Positions 48,747 to 58,337 of a stretch of DNA of 64,000 bases are shown here, piece after piece. The position numbers and the translations under genes are program-made. The notes beneath the pieces are model-generated. The model made no database searches, was not told the origin of the DNA, and saw only the letters and a program-made list of their open reading frames with translations. Each line of letters opens with the position of its first letter. Positions within the stretch are counted from its first letter, which is position 1. The DNA lies in contig NZ_JANPGP010000070.1 of the NCBI RefSeq assembly GCF_031424035.1, positions 65,482-129,481 of the forward strand. Reading direction: 5' to 3'. Source of the stretch: Novosphingobium sp. GTDB taxonomy: Bacteria > Pseudomonadota > Alphaproteobacteria > Sphingomonadales > Sphingomonadaceae.

Positions 48747-49969
48747 AGGCACTCGGACCGATCCCCGCCGGCTTCACCGCCATTGATGGCGAACTCGCCA
48801 TCGATGGGCACAAGGTCAGCGAACTGGTCGAACGCGCGCATGAAACGCCGCTGTTTGTCTATTCCCAGCGGATGTTGACCGAGAAAGTCGCCCATCTGCG
48901 CGCTGCAATGCCGCAGCGGCTTGGCATTCACTTTGCCATGAAAGCCAATCCCTTCGCACCGGTTCTCGATGTCATGTCGAATCTGGTGGACGGATTTGAC
49001 GTCGCTTCGGCAGGTGAGATGACGATGGCCTTCGCTGCCGGTGTTTCGCCGCGGAAGATCAGCTTCGCAGGTCCCGGTAAGCGCGATTCAGAACTGGCGG
49101 CAGCGATTCATCACGGCGTGACGCTGAACCTTGAATCCGAAGGCGAAGCGGAACGTGCGTTGGCCATTGCTGCGCGGGAAGGCCGAACCGCTCGCCTCGC
49201 CATCCGAGTGAACCCAGATTTCGATCTCAAGGGGTCAGGTATGAAAATGGGCGGCGGAGCAAAGCCGTTCGGGGTGGATGCAGAACGCGTTCCGGCGCTG
49301 GCGCGACGAATCATTGAAGCGGGCGCGGAGTGGCACGGCCTGCATATCTTCGCCGGCAGCCAGGCGCTTTCGGCGGACGCGATCATCGAAGCGCAAGGCC
49401 AGACGCTCGATCTTGCCGCGCGCTTGGCCACGGCCATTGGCGCGCCGCTGCCGCATTGCAATCTGGGCGGCGGCATCGGCATTCCCTATTTTCCAGGCGA
49501 CGAGCCAGTCGACGTTGCCGCCGTTGGGGCGGCGCTGGATGCTCGCTTCGCCGCGCTTCCGGAGGTTTTGCGCGATACCCGCTTCAATATCGAGTTGGGA
49601 CGCTATCTTGTCGGCGAAGCCGGGATTTACCTGACCCGCATTGTCGATCGCAAGATGAGCCATGGCGAAGTCTTCCTCGTCACGGACGGCGGACTGCATC
49701 ACCAACTGGCCGCTTCGGGCAACTTCGGCACCGTCGTTCGCCGCAATTACCCGGTGGCCATCGCCACGCGCTTCGGCGCGCCGGTCGAGGAAGAGGCGAG
49801 CGTGGTCGGCTGCCTGTGTACGCCAATGGACAAGCTGGCTGAAAAAGCCGGTTTCCCTCGTGCCGAGGTTGGTGATCTCGTCGCCATATTCTGTGCCGGG
49901 GCTTATGGGGCCAGTGCCAGCCCGGCGGCTTTCCTGGGCCATGGTCCGGCGCAAGAAATGCTCGTTTAG
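48743..49969 (+). CDS. PLP-dependent fold-type III decarboxylase (LysA/BtrK-like), exosortase A system-associated
   Basis: TPLFVY, FAMKAN (PLP Lys), DVASAGE, HIFAGSQ, NLGGG, ELGRY, GCLCT, GAYG. Confidence 0.88.
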   Translation: MKALGPIPAGFTAIDGELAIDGHKVSELVERAHETPLFVYSQRMLTEKVAHLRAAMPQRLGIHFAMKANPFAPVLDVMSNLVDGFDVASAGEMTMAFAAGVSPRKISFAGPGKRDSELAAAIHHGVTLNLESEGEAERALAIAAREGRTARLAIRVNPDFDLKGSGMKMGGGAKPFGVDAERVPALARRIIEAGAEWHGLHIFAGSQALSADAIIEAQGQTLDLAARLATAIGAPLPHCNLGGGIGIPYFPGDEPVDVAAVGAALDARFAALPEVLRDTRFNIELGRYLVGEAGIYLTRIVDRKMSHGEVFLVTDGGLHHQLAASGNFGTVVRRNYPVAIATRFGAPVEEEASVVGCLCTPMDKLAEKAGFPRAEVGDLVAIFCAGAYGASASPAAFLGHGPAQEMLV

Positions 49970-50090
49970 AGTTAAGGAATAGACTGTCCCATTAAGGGAT
50001 TGTCCCTCAAAAAGCCGCCTGAATTCCGGAATATCCGTTCAAGGATAACGGTATGTTCACCCTTTTTGGCGATAGCCGCAGCTGAACTGG

Positions 50091-50106
50091 CGGCATGCCA
50101 TGTGCA
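50091..50106 (+). promoter_or_regulatory. Candidate sigma-54 (-24/-12) promoter
   Basis: CGGCATGCCATGTGCA with GG-N10-GC spacing, about 65 nt upstream of the EPS export gene. Confidence 0.5.
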
Positions 50107-50169
50107 CCAATGGGACGGGCCCGTCGTATTCTGCACCTCACAAGCCGCCACAACTGAGGGTGTGCTTGT

Positions 50170-50814
50170 ATGCCGACCGATCGTTTGTCCCGACTGCTAG
50201 CCGGTACTGCCGTGGCCAGCCTGATGCTGACCGGCTGCGCCGGTTCGTCGAGCGGACCGCAGCTTCCTGCGGCCAGCTTCGTGTCGATGCAGGAAGGTCC
50301 GGGCGAGGAATACGTGATCGGGCCGCTTGACGAGTTGACCGTATTCGTCTGGCGCAATCTGGAGCTTGGCGCGAACGTGCAGGTCCGCCCTGACGGCCGC
50401 ATCACCACGCCGCTGATCACCGACATGCCGGCCGTGGGCAAGACCCCCTCGATGCTGTCGGAAGACATCAAGCTCCAGCTTTCGCAGTACATTCAGGACC
50501 CGCTGGTCTCGGTCATCGTCAACAAGTTTGCCGGCACGTTCAGCCAGCAGGTGCGCGTGATCGGCGCGACCGAGAAGCCCGCATCGCTGCCATACCGCGC
50601 AAACATGACTCTGCTCGACGCGATGATCGCGGTGGGCGGCCTGTCCGAATTCGCCGCCGGTAACCGCGCCAAGCTGATCCGATTCGACAAGTCGACCGGC
50701 AGCCAGAAGGAATTCGCGCTGCGGCTCGGCGACCTGCTCAAGAAGGGCGAGAGCAAGGCCAATGTCATGCTGATGCCCGGTGATGTGATCATCATCCCCG
50801 AAAGCGCGTTCTGA
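50170..50814 (+). CDS. Polysaccharide export (OPX/Wza-like) lipoprotein, XrtA system
   Basis: Lipobox LTGC; YVIGPLD, VRPDGRITTPLI, TLLDAMIAVGG, PGDVIIIPES. Confidence 0.9.
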   Translation: MPTDRLSRLLAGTAVASLMLTGCAGSSSGPQLPAASFVSMQEGPGEEYVIGPLDELTVFVWRNLELGANVQVRPDGRITTPLITDMPAVGKTPSMLSEDIKLQLSQYIQDPLVSVIVNKFAGTFSQQVRVIGATEKPASLPYRANMTLLDAMIAVGGLSEFAAGNRAKLIRFDKSTGSQKEFALRLGDLLKKGESKANVMLMPGDVIIIPESAF

Positions 50815-50837
50815 GAGCGGTTGGGGCGGGGCAAGAC

Positions 50838-52358
50838 ATGAACTCGATCTTCGACGAACTCCGCTCGGCGGTTTACAGCGTCTGGCATCGCCGGTGGGTG
50901 GTGCTGGCCGTTGCCTGGGCCGTCTGCATGTTGGGCTGGCTGGTCGTGGCAATGATCCCGAACAGCTATGAATCGCGTGCCCGCATCTTCGTTCACCTCG
51001 ACGATCCGCTGGCCGAACAGATCGGCGTTGGCGTCAACGATCGCAAACGCGACATCGAACGCGTTCGCCAGACACTGACCGGCGCGGTGAACCTGGAAAA
51101 GGTCGTCCGCTCCACCCGTCTTGGCGACGGCGTCACCACGCCCAAGCAGATGGAATCGGTGATCCAGTCACTGTCGAAGAAGATCAAGGTCGAGAGCGAG
51201 CAGGACAATCTGTTCAAGATCAGCGCTGTCGCCAGCGACGGATCGCTGTCCGATGCCGAAACTGCCAAGCTGGCGCAGGACATTGTCCAGAAGCTGATCG
51301 ACATTTTCCGCGAGGAAAACCTCGTTGGCGGCAACGGCGCCATGGGCTCCAATCTCGAATTTCTCGACCAGCAGCTGGCATCGCGCCAGAAGGCGCTTGA
51401 GGAAGCCGAAAAGAAGCGCACCGAGTTTGAAGCGCGCTTCCCCGAGCTCGCTCAGGGCGGTTCGTCGGTGCTGCAGCGCATGGAGGCCAGCCGGTCTGAA
51501 CTGCGCGGCATTGATGCTGACCTTGCGGCTGCACAAAGCGCACTTGCGGCCATCAATGGCCAGCTTGCCGGCACGCCGCAGACCCTGCAGGGTGTGGGCC
51601 AGTCAGGCGGCGCCCGCGGTGCACTCGCAGAAGCGCAGGGCCAATTAGCCGGAATGCGCGCGCGCGGGCTGACCGATAACCACCCGGACGTCATCACGCT
51701 CAAGAACCAGATCGCCTCGCTGCGTTCCGCCGCCGCCAATGAAGGCGGCCCGGTGGGCCAGCCGAACCCGGCCTATTCGTCGCTGGTATCGATCCGTGCC
51801 GAACGCCAGGCCAATGTCCAAGCGCTGCAATCACGCCGCGCCTCGATGCAGACCGAGATGGCGCAGGTCATGGCCAAGCAGATCCAGAATCCAGAGGTTG
51901 CCGCTGAAGCGCAGCGCATCAGCCGTGACTACGAACAGCTAAAGACGCAATACGACAAGCTGTTCGCCGACCGCGAGGCTCTGCGCCTGCGCGGCCAGGT
52001 GGAAACCGAACAAGGCACCGCCAAGTTCCAGATCATCGATCCGCCGACCACGCCGCGCGGCCCTGCGGCGCCCAATCGTCCGCTGCTGCTGTTCGGCGTA
52101 CTGGTCATGGGTATCGGTGCCGGCGTCGGCGCGGCTTTCGCGGTTGGCCAGTTGCGCTCGACTTTTGCGACCACGGCCAAGCTGGAGCGCTCGCTTGGAC
52201 TGCCAGTGCTTGGCGCGATCAGCCAGACGCTGAACGAGGCCGGCCGTGCGCTGCGCCGCAAGCGGATGAAGCAGTTCTATGCGGGCTGCGTCGCGCTGCT
52301 CGGCGTCTTCGTCCTGCTGCTGGTTTCAGAGATGATCCAGGTCGGCATGGTGGCGTGA
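50838..52358 (+). CDS. Polysaccharide co-polymerase / chain length determinant, XrtA system
   Basis: N-terminal TM, YESRARIFV, coiled coils, HPDV, IIDPPTTP...PNRP and C-terminal TM; no kinase domain. Confidence 0.88.
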   Translation: MNSIFDELRSAVYSVWHRRWVVLAVAWAVCMLGWLVVAMIPNSYESRARIFVHLDDPLAEQIGVGVNDRKRDIERVRQTLTGAVNLEKVVRSTRLGDGVTTPKQMESVIQSLSKKIKVESEQDNLFKISAVASDGSLSDAETAKLAQDIVQKLIDIFREENLVGGNGAMGSNLEFLDQQLASRQKALEEAEKKRTEFEARFPELAQGGSSVLQRMEASRSELRGIDADLAAAQSALAAINGQLAGTPQTLQGVGQSGGARGALAEAQGQLAGMRARGLTDNHPDVITLKNQIASLRSAAANEGGPVGQPNPAYSSLVSIRAERQANVQALQSRRASMQTEMAQVMAKQIQNPEVAAEAQRISRDYEQLKTQYDKLFADREALRLRGQVETEQGTAKFQIIDPPTTPRGPAAPNRPLLLFGVLVMGIGAGVGAAFAVGQLRSTFATTAKLERSLGLPVLGAISQTLNEAGRALRRKRMKQFYAGCVALLGVFVLLLVSEMIQVGMVA

Positions 52359-52368
52359 GGGTGAAACG

Positions 52369-53436
52369 ATGACCGAACAGACCAAAATCCCCCTTCCGTC
52401 AGATGCCGTGCAGCCGCGCCGCAAGTCGTCGCTCGAACGCGCAAGCGAAGGGCTCGACCTCGCTTCGCTGGGCGGCATGCCGATCCCGGCAGAACTGATC
52501 CCGCCGCGCCGGCAACTGCGCAAGGTGCGGCGTATGGACGAACAGCCGTTGGAAGCTGCGCCAGCCGCTCCCGAGCCTGCTTCGGCCCGCTTCGAGCGGA
52601 TCAAGGAAGCACCTGCCGCGCCTATTGCTGCGCCGGCTCAGGCCCCAATTCCTGCCGCTCCCGCCGCGCCGGCGATCGCTGTCGAGCCGGTCACGTTCAC
52701 CGGCCCGAACCACAAAATCGATCGCGCGCTGCTTCGCCAGCAAGGCATGATCCAGCCCGAAGGCGGCGTTTCCGGCCTGTTGGAAGAATTCCGCATCATC
52801 AAGCGGCAGCTTCTGCTGCAGGCCAAGGAACTGGCGCGCGGCGGCATGGGCTATGCCGCCCAGCGTATCCTCATCTGCTCGCCGCTTCCGGGCGAGGGCA
52901 AGACCTACACCTCGGTCAACCTTGCGCTGTCGATTGCGGCAGAGAAGGAAAGCGAAGTCGTGCTGGTCGATGCCGATTTCGCCAAGCCGTCCGTGCTGTC
53001 AACGCTCGGCCTGCCGGGCGGCAAGGGGCTCATGGATGCCTTGACCGATCCTTCGATCGACGTCGCGGATTGCGTGATTGGCACCGATGTCGGCGGCCTT
53101 TATGTGCTTCCGGCGGGGTCGATGACCAACAGCGATACCGAACAACTGGCCTCCTCGCACACCGCGCAGGTGCTCGACCGGCTGGTGCAGGGCGCGCCGA
53201 ACCGCATCGTCATATTCGATTCCCCCCCGGCGCTGGCAGCTTCGCCTGCCGCTGAACTTGCCAAGTATGCCGGTCAGGCTGTTGTGGTCGCCCGGTGCGA
53301 CAAGACCGGGCAGGGTGCCCTGGAAGACGCAATCTCGCTGCTTTCGGCCTGCCCAAACATCCAGCTGCTGCTCAACGGGGTGCACTTCAGCCCCAGCGGC
53401 CGCCGTTTCGGTTCCTATTACGGATACAGGGGATAG
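52369..53436 (+). CDS. BY-kinase (tyrosine autokinase), XrtA polysaccharide system
   Basis: EEFRIIKR, Walker A PGEGKT, LVDADF, FDSPP, C-terminal SYYGY. Confidence 0.88.
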   Translation: MTEQTKIPLPSDAVQPRRKSSLERASEGLDLASLGGMPIPAELIPPRRQLRKVRRMDEQPLEAAPAAPEPASARFERIKEAPAAPIAAPAQAPIPAAPAAPAIAVEPVTFTGPNHKIDRALLRQQGMIQPEGGVSGLLEEFRIIKRQLLLQAKELARGGMGYAAQRILICSPLPGEGKTYTSVNLALSIAAEKESEVVLVDADFAKPSVLSTLGLPGGKGLMDALTDPSIDVADCVIGTDVGGLYVLPAGSMTNSDTEQLASSHTAQVLDRLVQGAPNRIVIFDSPPALAASPAAELAKYAGQAVVVARCDKTGQGALEDAISLLSACPNIQLLLNGVHFSPSGRRFGSYYGYRG

Positions 53437-53440
53437 TGCG

Positions 53441-55147
53441 ATGAACACGCGCACCAGCAAACTCGTACTCGCATCACTTGGCATGGCGCTGGCCTTGCCG
53501 CTGCACGCCCATGCGCAGACCATGTCCTACGACGGGTCGAGCAAGGTCGGTAGCAGTGACGATGACGGTGATGATGCCAAGTCGAGCGATTCGCGCGGCA
53601 AGCGCGGCCGCTCGGGCAAGAAGGTGTCGATCACGCCGTATATCGAGGCATCGCAGGTCGCCACGGCCGAACTTTCGCCCGGCAGCGATTTCCTCACGTA
53701 CTCGGCGATTGCCGCCGGCCTTGATGCCAGCATCGAAGGCCGCAACACCAAGGGTGCCGCTTCGGTCCGCTATGAGCGCCGCTTCGGTTACGGCAAGGCA
53801 GCTGATGGTGACACGATCAGCGGCATCGCCCGCGTCGGTGTGGCAGTCGTGCCCAATGCGCTGAACTTTGAAGCCGGCGCCATGGCGGCGCGCTCCAAGG
53901 TAGAAGCCAACGGTTCGATCACCCCGGGCGGACGCTTTGTCGGCGGTGGTTCGACGCAGGTCTGGTCAGTCTACGGCGGCCCGACGATCAAGTCGCGCGC
54001 CGGCGATGTTGCTATCGATGCCGGCTACCGCATTGGCTATACCAAGGTCGGCACGGACAGCTCGATCGCCAATGCTGTGGGTGGACCGGCGGTCGACGTG
54101 TTCGATCATTCGACCTCGCACAACGCTGAGCTGCACGCCGGTGTCAGCCCCGGTGCCATGCTGCCGGTCGGCATCGGTGCCGGCGCCGGCTATTACCAGG
54201 AAGACATCTCCAACCTCGATCAGCGGGTAAAGGACCTGCATGCCCGGGTCGACGTGACCCTGCCGGTGTCGCGCGATCTCGCGCTGGTTGGCGGCGTCGG
54301 TTACGAAGACGTCGAGATTTCCGCGCGCGACGTTCAGCGCGATACGCTCGGCGCACCGATCCGCGGATCGAACGGCCGTTACGTCACCGACAAGTCCAGC
54401 CCGCGCGTGCTCGCATATGACACCAGCGGCTTCATCTGGGATGCCGGTGTGATGTGGCGCCCGTCCAAGCGCACCGCGCTCGAAGCCCACGTCGGCAAGC
54501 GGTACGGCACGACAAGCTATTACGGCACATTCGCCTACGCGCCCAATCGCCGCATGAGCCTGAACGTCGCCGTCTACGACAACATCGCCGGCTTCGGCGG
54601 CCAGTTGAACAAGGCACTCGCCAACCTGCCGACGAATTTTCAGGCCAACCGCAATCCGCTGACCGGTGATCTCAACACCTGCCTGTCGAGCATGGAAAGC
54701 GGCAACTGCCTCGGCAATGCGCTCGGTTCTGTACGCTCTTCGACCTTCCGTTCGCGTGGTGTCGCGGCGAGCTTGGGTTACGACCTCGGCAATCTGGAAG
54801 CAGGCGTCGGCCTTGGCTACGACCGCCGCAAGTTCATCGCTGCTCCGGGGACGATCCTCGCCTCCGCCAATGGTTTGGTGGACGAGAACTACTGGATGTC
54901 GGCCTATCTCAATGGCCGGATCGACGCGAACTCGCGCTTTGCCACCAACGTCTATGCGACCTGGTTCAATTCGGGCTTCGTGACGGCCGAGGACGGCACG
55001 ACGCTGGGCGCCAGCGCCGCCTATTTCCGCAACATCACCGATCATCTGACGGCAAATCTCGCCGTCGGTGTCGATGGACTGAATCGCGAAACCCTGCCTG
55101 ACCTGTGGAGCGCCTCGGCGCTGGTCGGCGTCCGGTATTCGTTCTGA
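53441..55147 (+). CDS. Outer membrane beta-barrel protein, PEP-CTERM/XrtA system-associated
   Basis: ATG at 53441, signal peptide ending AHA, amphipathic strands, terminal GVRYSF; position in the locus. Confidence 0.75.
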   Translation: MNTRTSKLVLASLGMALALPLHAHAQTMSYDGSSKVGSSDDDGDDAKSSDSRGKRGRSGKKVSITPYIEASQVATAELSPGSDFLTYSAIAAGLDASIEGRNTKGAASVRYERRFGYGKAADGDTISGIARVGVAVVPNALNFEAGAMAARSKVEANGSITPGGRFVGGGSTQVWSVYGGPTIKSRAGDVAIDAGYRIGYTKVGTDSSIANAVGGPAVDVFDHSTSHNAELHAGVSPGAMLPVGIGAGAGYYQEDISNLDQRVKDLHARVDVTLPVSRDLALVGGVGYEDVEISARDVQRDTLGAPIRGSNGRYVTDKSSPRVLAYDTSGFIWDAGVMWRPSKRTALEAHVGKRYGTTSYYGTFAYAPNRRMSLNVAVYDNIAGFGGQLNKALANLPTNFQANRNPLTGDLNTCLSSMESGNCLGNALGSVRSSTFRSRGVAASLGYDLGNLEAGVGLGYDRRKFIAAPGTILASANGLVDENYWMSAYLNGRIDANSRFATNVYATWFNSGFVTAEDGTTLGASAAYFRNITDHLTANLAVGVDGLNRETLPDLWSASALVGVRYSF

Positions 55148-55168
55148 GCCTGCTAGGGGAAGCTGACC

Positions 55169-56365
55169 ATGTTTGATGATTTCTATGGCCTGAAGGGCAA
55201 GCCGTTCCAGCTGACGCCGGATGCGACATTCTATTTCGAGAGTGGAACGCACCGCAAGGCGCTGTCCTATCTGTCCTACGGTCTGGCCCAGGGCGAAGGC
55301 TTTGTGGTCATCACCGGTGAGGTGGGCGCGGGCAAGTCCACGTTGGTCGCGCATTTGATGGCGACAATCGACCCGGCGCGGCTGACCGCAGCGCAGGTCG
55401 TCACCTCGTCGCTTGATGGCGAAGAGATCATCCATGTCATCGCGCAAGCTTTCGGTCTGATGATCGAAGGCCATGACAAGGCCGCCGCGCTCGGCGCGAT
55501 CGAGGGCTTCCTTCACGAAGAAGCCCGCGCCGGTCGCCGCTGCCTGCTGGTGGTCGACGAAGTGCAGAACCTGTCGATCAGTGCACTTGAAGAGCTGCGC
55601 ATGTTGTCCAACTTCCAGCTTGGCGCGCATCCCCTGCTGCAGACGCTGCTGCTGGGGCAGCCGGAATTCCGCGACCTGATCCAGCTTTCGCCGCAGCTTG
55701 AACAGCTGCGCCAGCGCGTGATTGCGGCGCATCACCTGGATGCAATGCAGCCCGCCGAAGTGCAGCCCTATGTCGAACACCGCCTGTCGTGCGTCGGCTG
55801 GCAGGGCAACCCCAGCTTCGATCAGCGCGTCTTCTCCGAGCTTTATGAAGCTTCGGGCGGCGTTCCGCGCCGGATCAACCAGATCTTCAACCGCCTCATG
55901 CTGCTCGGCGCTGTCGAGGAACGAACGCGCATCGATGCCGCCATGCTGCAGCAAGTGCTCGCAGAGCTGGCCGACGATACGGCGTTGCCGCTATCGACCC
56001 GGCGGCCCCGTCCCGAGCCGGTCCGCGCCCCCGGCAATTTGCCGCGCCCTGCCGCCCACGCCGATGCTGCACCCGCTTATCAGGCAGTGGCTGTTGCCGA
56101 AGCGGCCCCCAGCAATGCGGATTTCGAAGCCGCTCTAGCCGCGCGCGACGCGCAGATAGCCGAGCTACAGCAGGCCGTGCTCGAACTCGCGAATGGCAGC
56201 GAGCATTCCGCGCCTGTGGTGAGCGTAGACAATGGCGCTGTCGATGCGCTCAACCAGCGGATCGAGGAACTCGAGGCGCGGCTTGTCGAACAGGAACAGA
56301 CCGTTCGACACACGCTCGCCATGCTGGTCGAATGGCTTGAGGCCGACGAACAGATTGCAGCCTGA
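55169..56365 (+). CDS. ExeA-like AAA ATPase, PEP-CTERM/XrtA system-associated
   Basis: FYGLKGKPFQLTPD, GEVGAGKST, VVDEVQ, LGQPEF, GVPRRIN. Confidence 0.9.
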   Translation: MFDDFYGLKGKPFQLTPDATFYFESGTHRKALSYLSYGLAQGEGFVVITGEVGAGKSTLVAHLMATIDPARLTAAQVVTSSLDGEEIIHVIAQAFGLMIEGHDKAAALGAIEGFLHEEARAGRRCLLVVDEVQNLSISALEELRMLSNFQLGAHPLLQTLLLGQPEFRDLIQLSPQLEQLRQRVIAAHHLDAMQPAEVQPYVEHRLSCVGWQGNPSFDQRVFSELYEASGGVPRRINQIFNRLMLLGAVEERTRIDAAMLQQVLAELADDTALPLSTRRPRPEPVRAPGNLPRPAAHADAAPAYQAVAVAEAAPSNADFEAALAARDAQIAELQQAVLELANGSEHSAPVVSVDNGAVDALNQRIEELEARLVEQEQTVRHTLAMLVEWLEADEQIAA

Positions 56366-56388
56366 TCGGGCGAAGAGGGGTCGCGCTC

Positions 56389-57267
56389 TTGGATCGTCAA
56401 GCGATCATCAACGGCCTGTCGGTCGACGTCGAGGAATGGTTCCAGGTCGGCGCCTTTGAACGCACCATCGCGCGTTCGGAGTGGGACGGTCATGCCAGCC
56501 GGGTCGAGCGAAATTGCGACCTGATTCTCGGTCTGTTTGATGATGCCGGCGTGAAGGCGACGTTCTTCACGCTGGGCTGGGTGGCAGAGCGTCATCCCGC
56601 CATGATGCGGCGCATTGCCGATGCCGGTCACGAAATCGCCAGCCACGGCTGGGATCACGCCCGAGTCTTCACGCTGGGGGCTGAGGCTTTCGCCGCAGAC
56701 CTGAAGCGCGCCCGCGAGGCGATTGAACAGGCAAGTGGTCAGGCCGTCACCGGCTACCGCGCACCGAGTTTCTCGATCGACCAGCGAACACCCTGGGCCT
56801 TCGAGGTGCTCGCCGAGCAGGGCTACACCTATTCCTCAAGCGTCGCGCCGATCGCGCACGATCACTACGGCTGGCGCGCCGCGCCGCGCTTTGCCTTCCA
56901 GCCGTTGGAGGGTTCGGACCTGATCGAAGTTCCGGTGACCACCGCCGAATTTGCCGGTCGGCGCCTTGCCGCAGGTGGTGGGGGTTTCTTCCGCGTGCTG
57001 CCCTACGCTTTTTCGCGCTGGGCGATCCGTCAGGTGAATGAACGAGACCGCCGGCCCGCAGTATTCTATTTTCATCCGTGGGAGGTCGATCCCGACCAGC
57101 CGCGCATGAAGAATGCGCCGTTCAAATCGCAATTCCGGCATTACACCAACCTCGACGTCATGGCCGCGAAGCTGCGCCTGCTCCTCGGCGACTTCGCCTG
57201 GGGCCGGATGGATGCGCTGGTGGTCGGCGAGGCATCGCGCGCTGCGCCGCTCAGGCTTGCGGCATGA
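56389..57267 (+). CDS. Polysaccharide deacetylase, XrtA system
   Basis: SVDVEEWFQ, ATFFTLG, HEIASHG, YRAPSFS, GGGFFR, YFHPWE. Confidence 0.9.
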   Translation: MDRQAIINGLSVDVEEWFQVGAFERTIARSEWDGHASRVERNCDLILGLFDDAGVKATFFTLGWVAERHPAMMRRIADAGHEIASHGWDHARVFTLGAEAFAADLKRAREAIEQASGQAVTGYRAPSFSIDQRTPWAFEVLAEQGYTYSSSVAPIAHDHYGWRAAPRFAFQPLEGSDLIEVPVTTAEFAGRRLAAGGGGFFRVLPYAFSRWAIRQVNERDRRPAVFYFHPWEVDPDQPRMKNAPFKSQFRHYTNLDVMAAKLRLLLGDFAWGRMDALVVGEASRAAPLRLAA

Positions 57268-58337
57268 ACGCGCCGTTTCGTCCGGAAGCAATAACGTTGC
57301 GCCAGATCGATCCCGCCGACGCCGGCGAGGCAGCGCGCATCGAAGGCTTTCTTGCTGACCATCCCGGCGCAACCCCGTTCCATCGCCCGGCCTGGCTCTG
57401 CGCCGTTGCCGATGGCACCGGCAACCGCGCGCTGGGGCTGGTGGGCGAACGGGGCGGGTCAGTCTGCGCCTGGCTGCCGCTGAACGAGATCCATTCGCCG
57501 ATCTTCGGCCGGATGCTTGCATCGAGCGGATTTGCGGTTGGTGGCGGCCTCCTGACAGCCGGCTGCGACGGGGACGCGGTTCTGGCCGAGGCCGAGCGGC
57601 ATGCGCTCATGCGCTCATGCCCATCAATCGAACTGCGCGGCGGCGACCTGCCGCAGGACCTCGTCGGCTGGGTGATCAAGACCGAATCGCATTGCGGCTT
57701 CGCGCGTCCACTCGCTGCCGATGATGAAGCTGAACTGCTTGCCATTCCGCGCAAGCAGCGCGCTGAAGTCCGCAAAGGCCTGGAGAAGGACCTGCGGGTT
57801 GAGATCGGCACTTCGGCAAAGGACCGCGCGGCCCACTACGCCGTCTACGCCGAATCGGTTCGCAACCTTGGCACGCCGGTATTTCCGCGCGCACTGTTCG
57901 ATGCCGTCCTCGACCGGTTCGGTGACGCTGCCGATATTCTGACGGTCTATGAAGGCGAACGCTCGGTCGCTTCGGTCCTCTCGGTGTACCATCGCGGTGC
58001 GGTCATGCCCTATTGGGGCGGCGGCACGTGGGACGCACGGCGGCTGCGTGCCAATGACCGGATGTATTTCGAGCTGATGCTTCACGCCCGCCGCCGGGGT
58101 TGCTCCTCGTTCGATTTCGGCCGGTCGAAGACGGGCAGCGGTGCCTATCACTTCAAGCGCAACTGGGGCTTTGAGCCTGAGCCGCTGTCCTATGCCGCCT
58201 GGACTGCACCCGGCCAGCCGGTGCGCGATGCCGATCCGACGAGCGCCAAGCACGCCATGCAGATCGCCGTCTGGCAGCGTCTGCCACTCGCCGTAGCCAA
58301 CCGGTTGGGGCCGCTGATTGCCAAGGGGCTCGGCTGA
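57264..58337 (+). CDS. FemAB-like GNAT protein, XrtA system
   Basis: ATG at 57264; TPFHRPAW, RKQRAEVRKG, SVRNLGTPVF, PYWGG, FDFGRSK...FKRNWG. Confidence 0.88.
   Translation: MNAPFRPEAITLRQIDPADAGEAARIEGFLADHPGATPFHRPAWLCAVADGTGNRALGLVGERGGSVCAWLPLNEIHSPIFGRMLASSGFAVGGGLLTAGCDGDAVLAEAERHALMRSCPSIELRGGDLPQDLVGWVIKTESHCGFARPLAADDEAELLAIPRKQRAEVRKGLEKDLRVEIGTSAKDRAAHYAVYAESVRNLGTPVFPRALFDAVLDRFGDAADILTVYEGERSVASVLSVYHRGAVMPYWGGGTWDARRLRANDRMYFELMLHARRRGCSSFDFGRSKTGSGAYHFKRNWGFEPEPLSYAAWTAPGQPVRDADPTSAKHAMQIAVWQRLPLAVANRLGPLIAKGLG

Noticed and set aside
48743-49969. Annotation as housekeeping lysA
   Set aside because: Coupling to an adenylating enzyme and an ACP in the exosortase locus favours a specialised decarboxylase
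53966-55954. Long antisense ORFs (662 aa here; also 28307-29821, 13409-14611, 11391-12581, 162-1211)
   Set aside because: Shadow ORFs opposite well-supported genes, expected from high-GC codon bias, with no recognisable motifs
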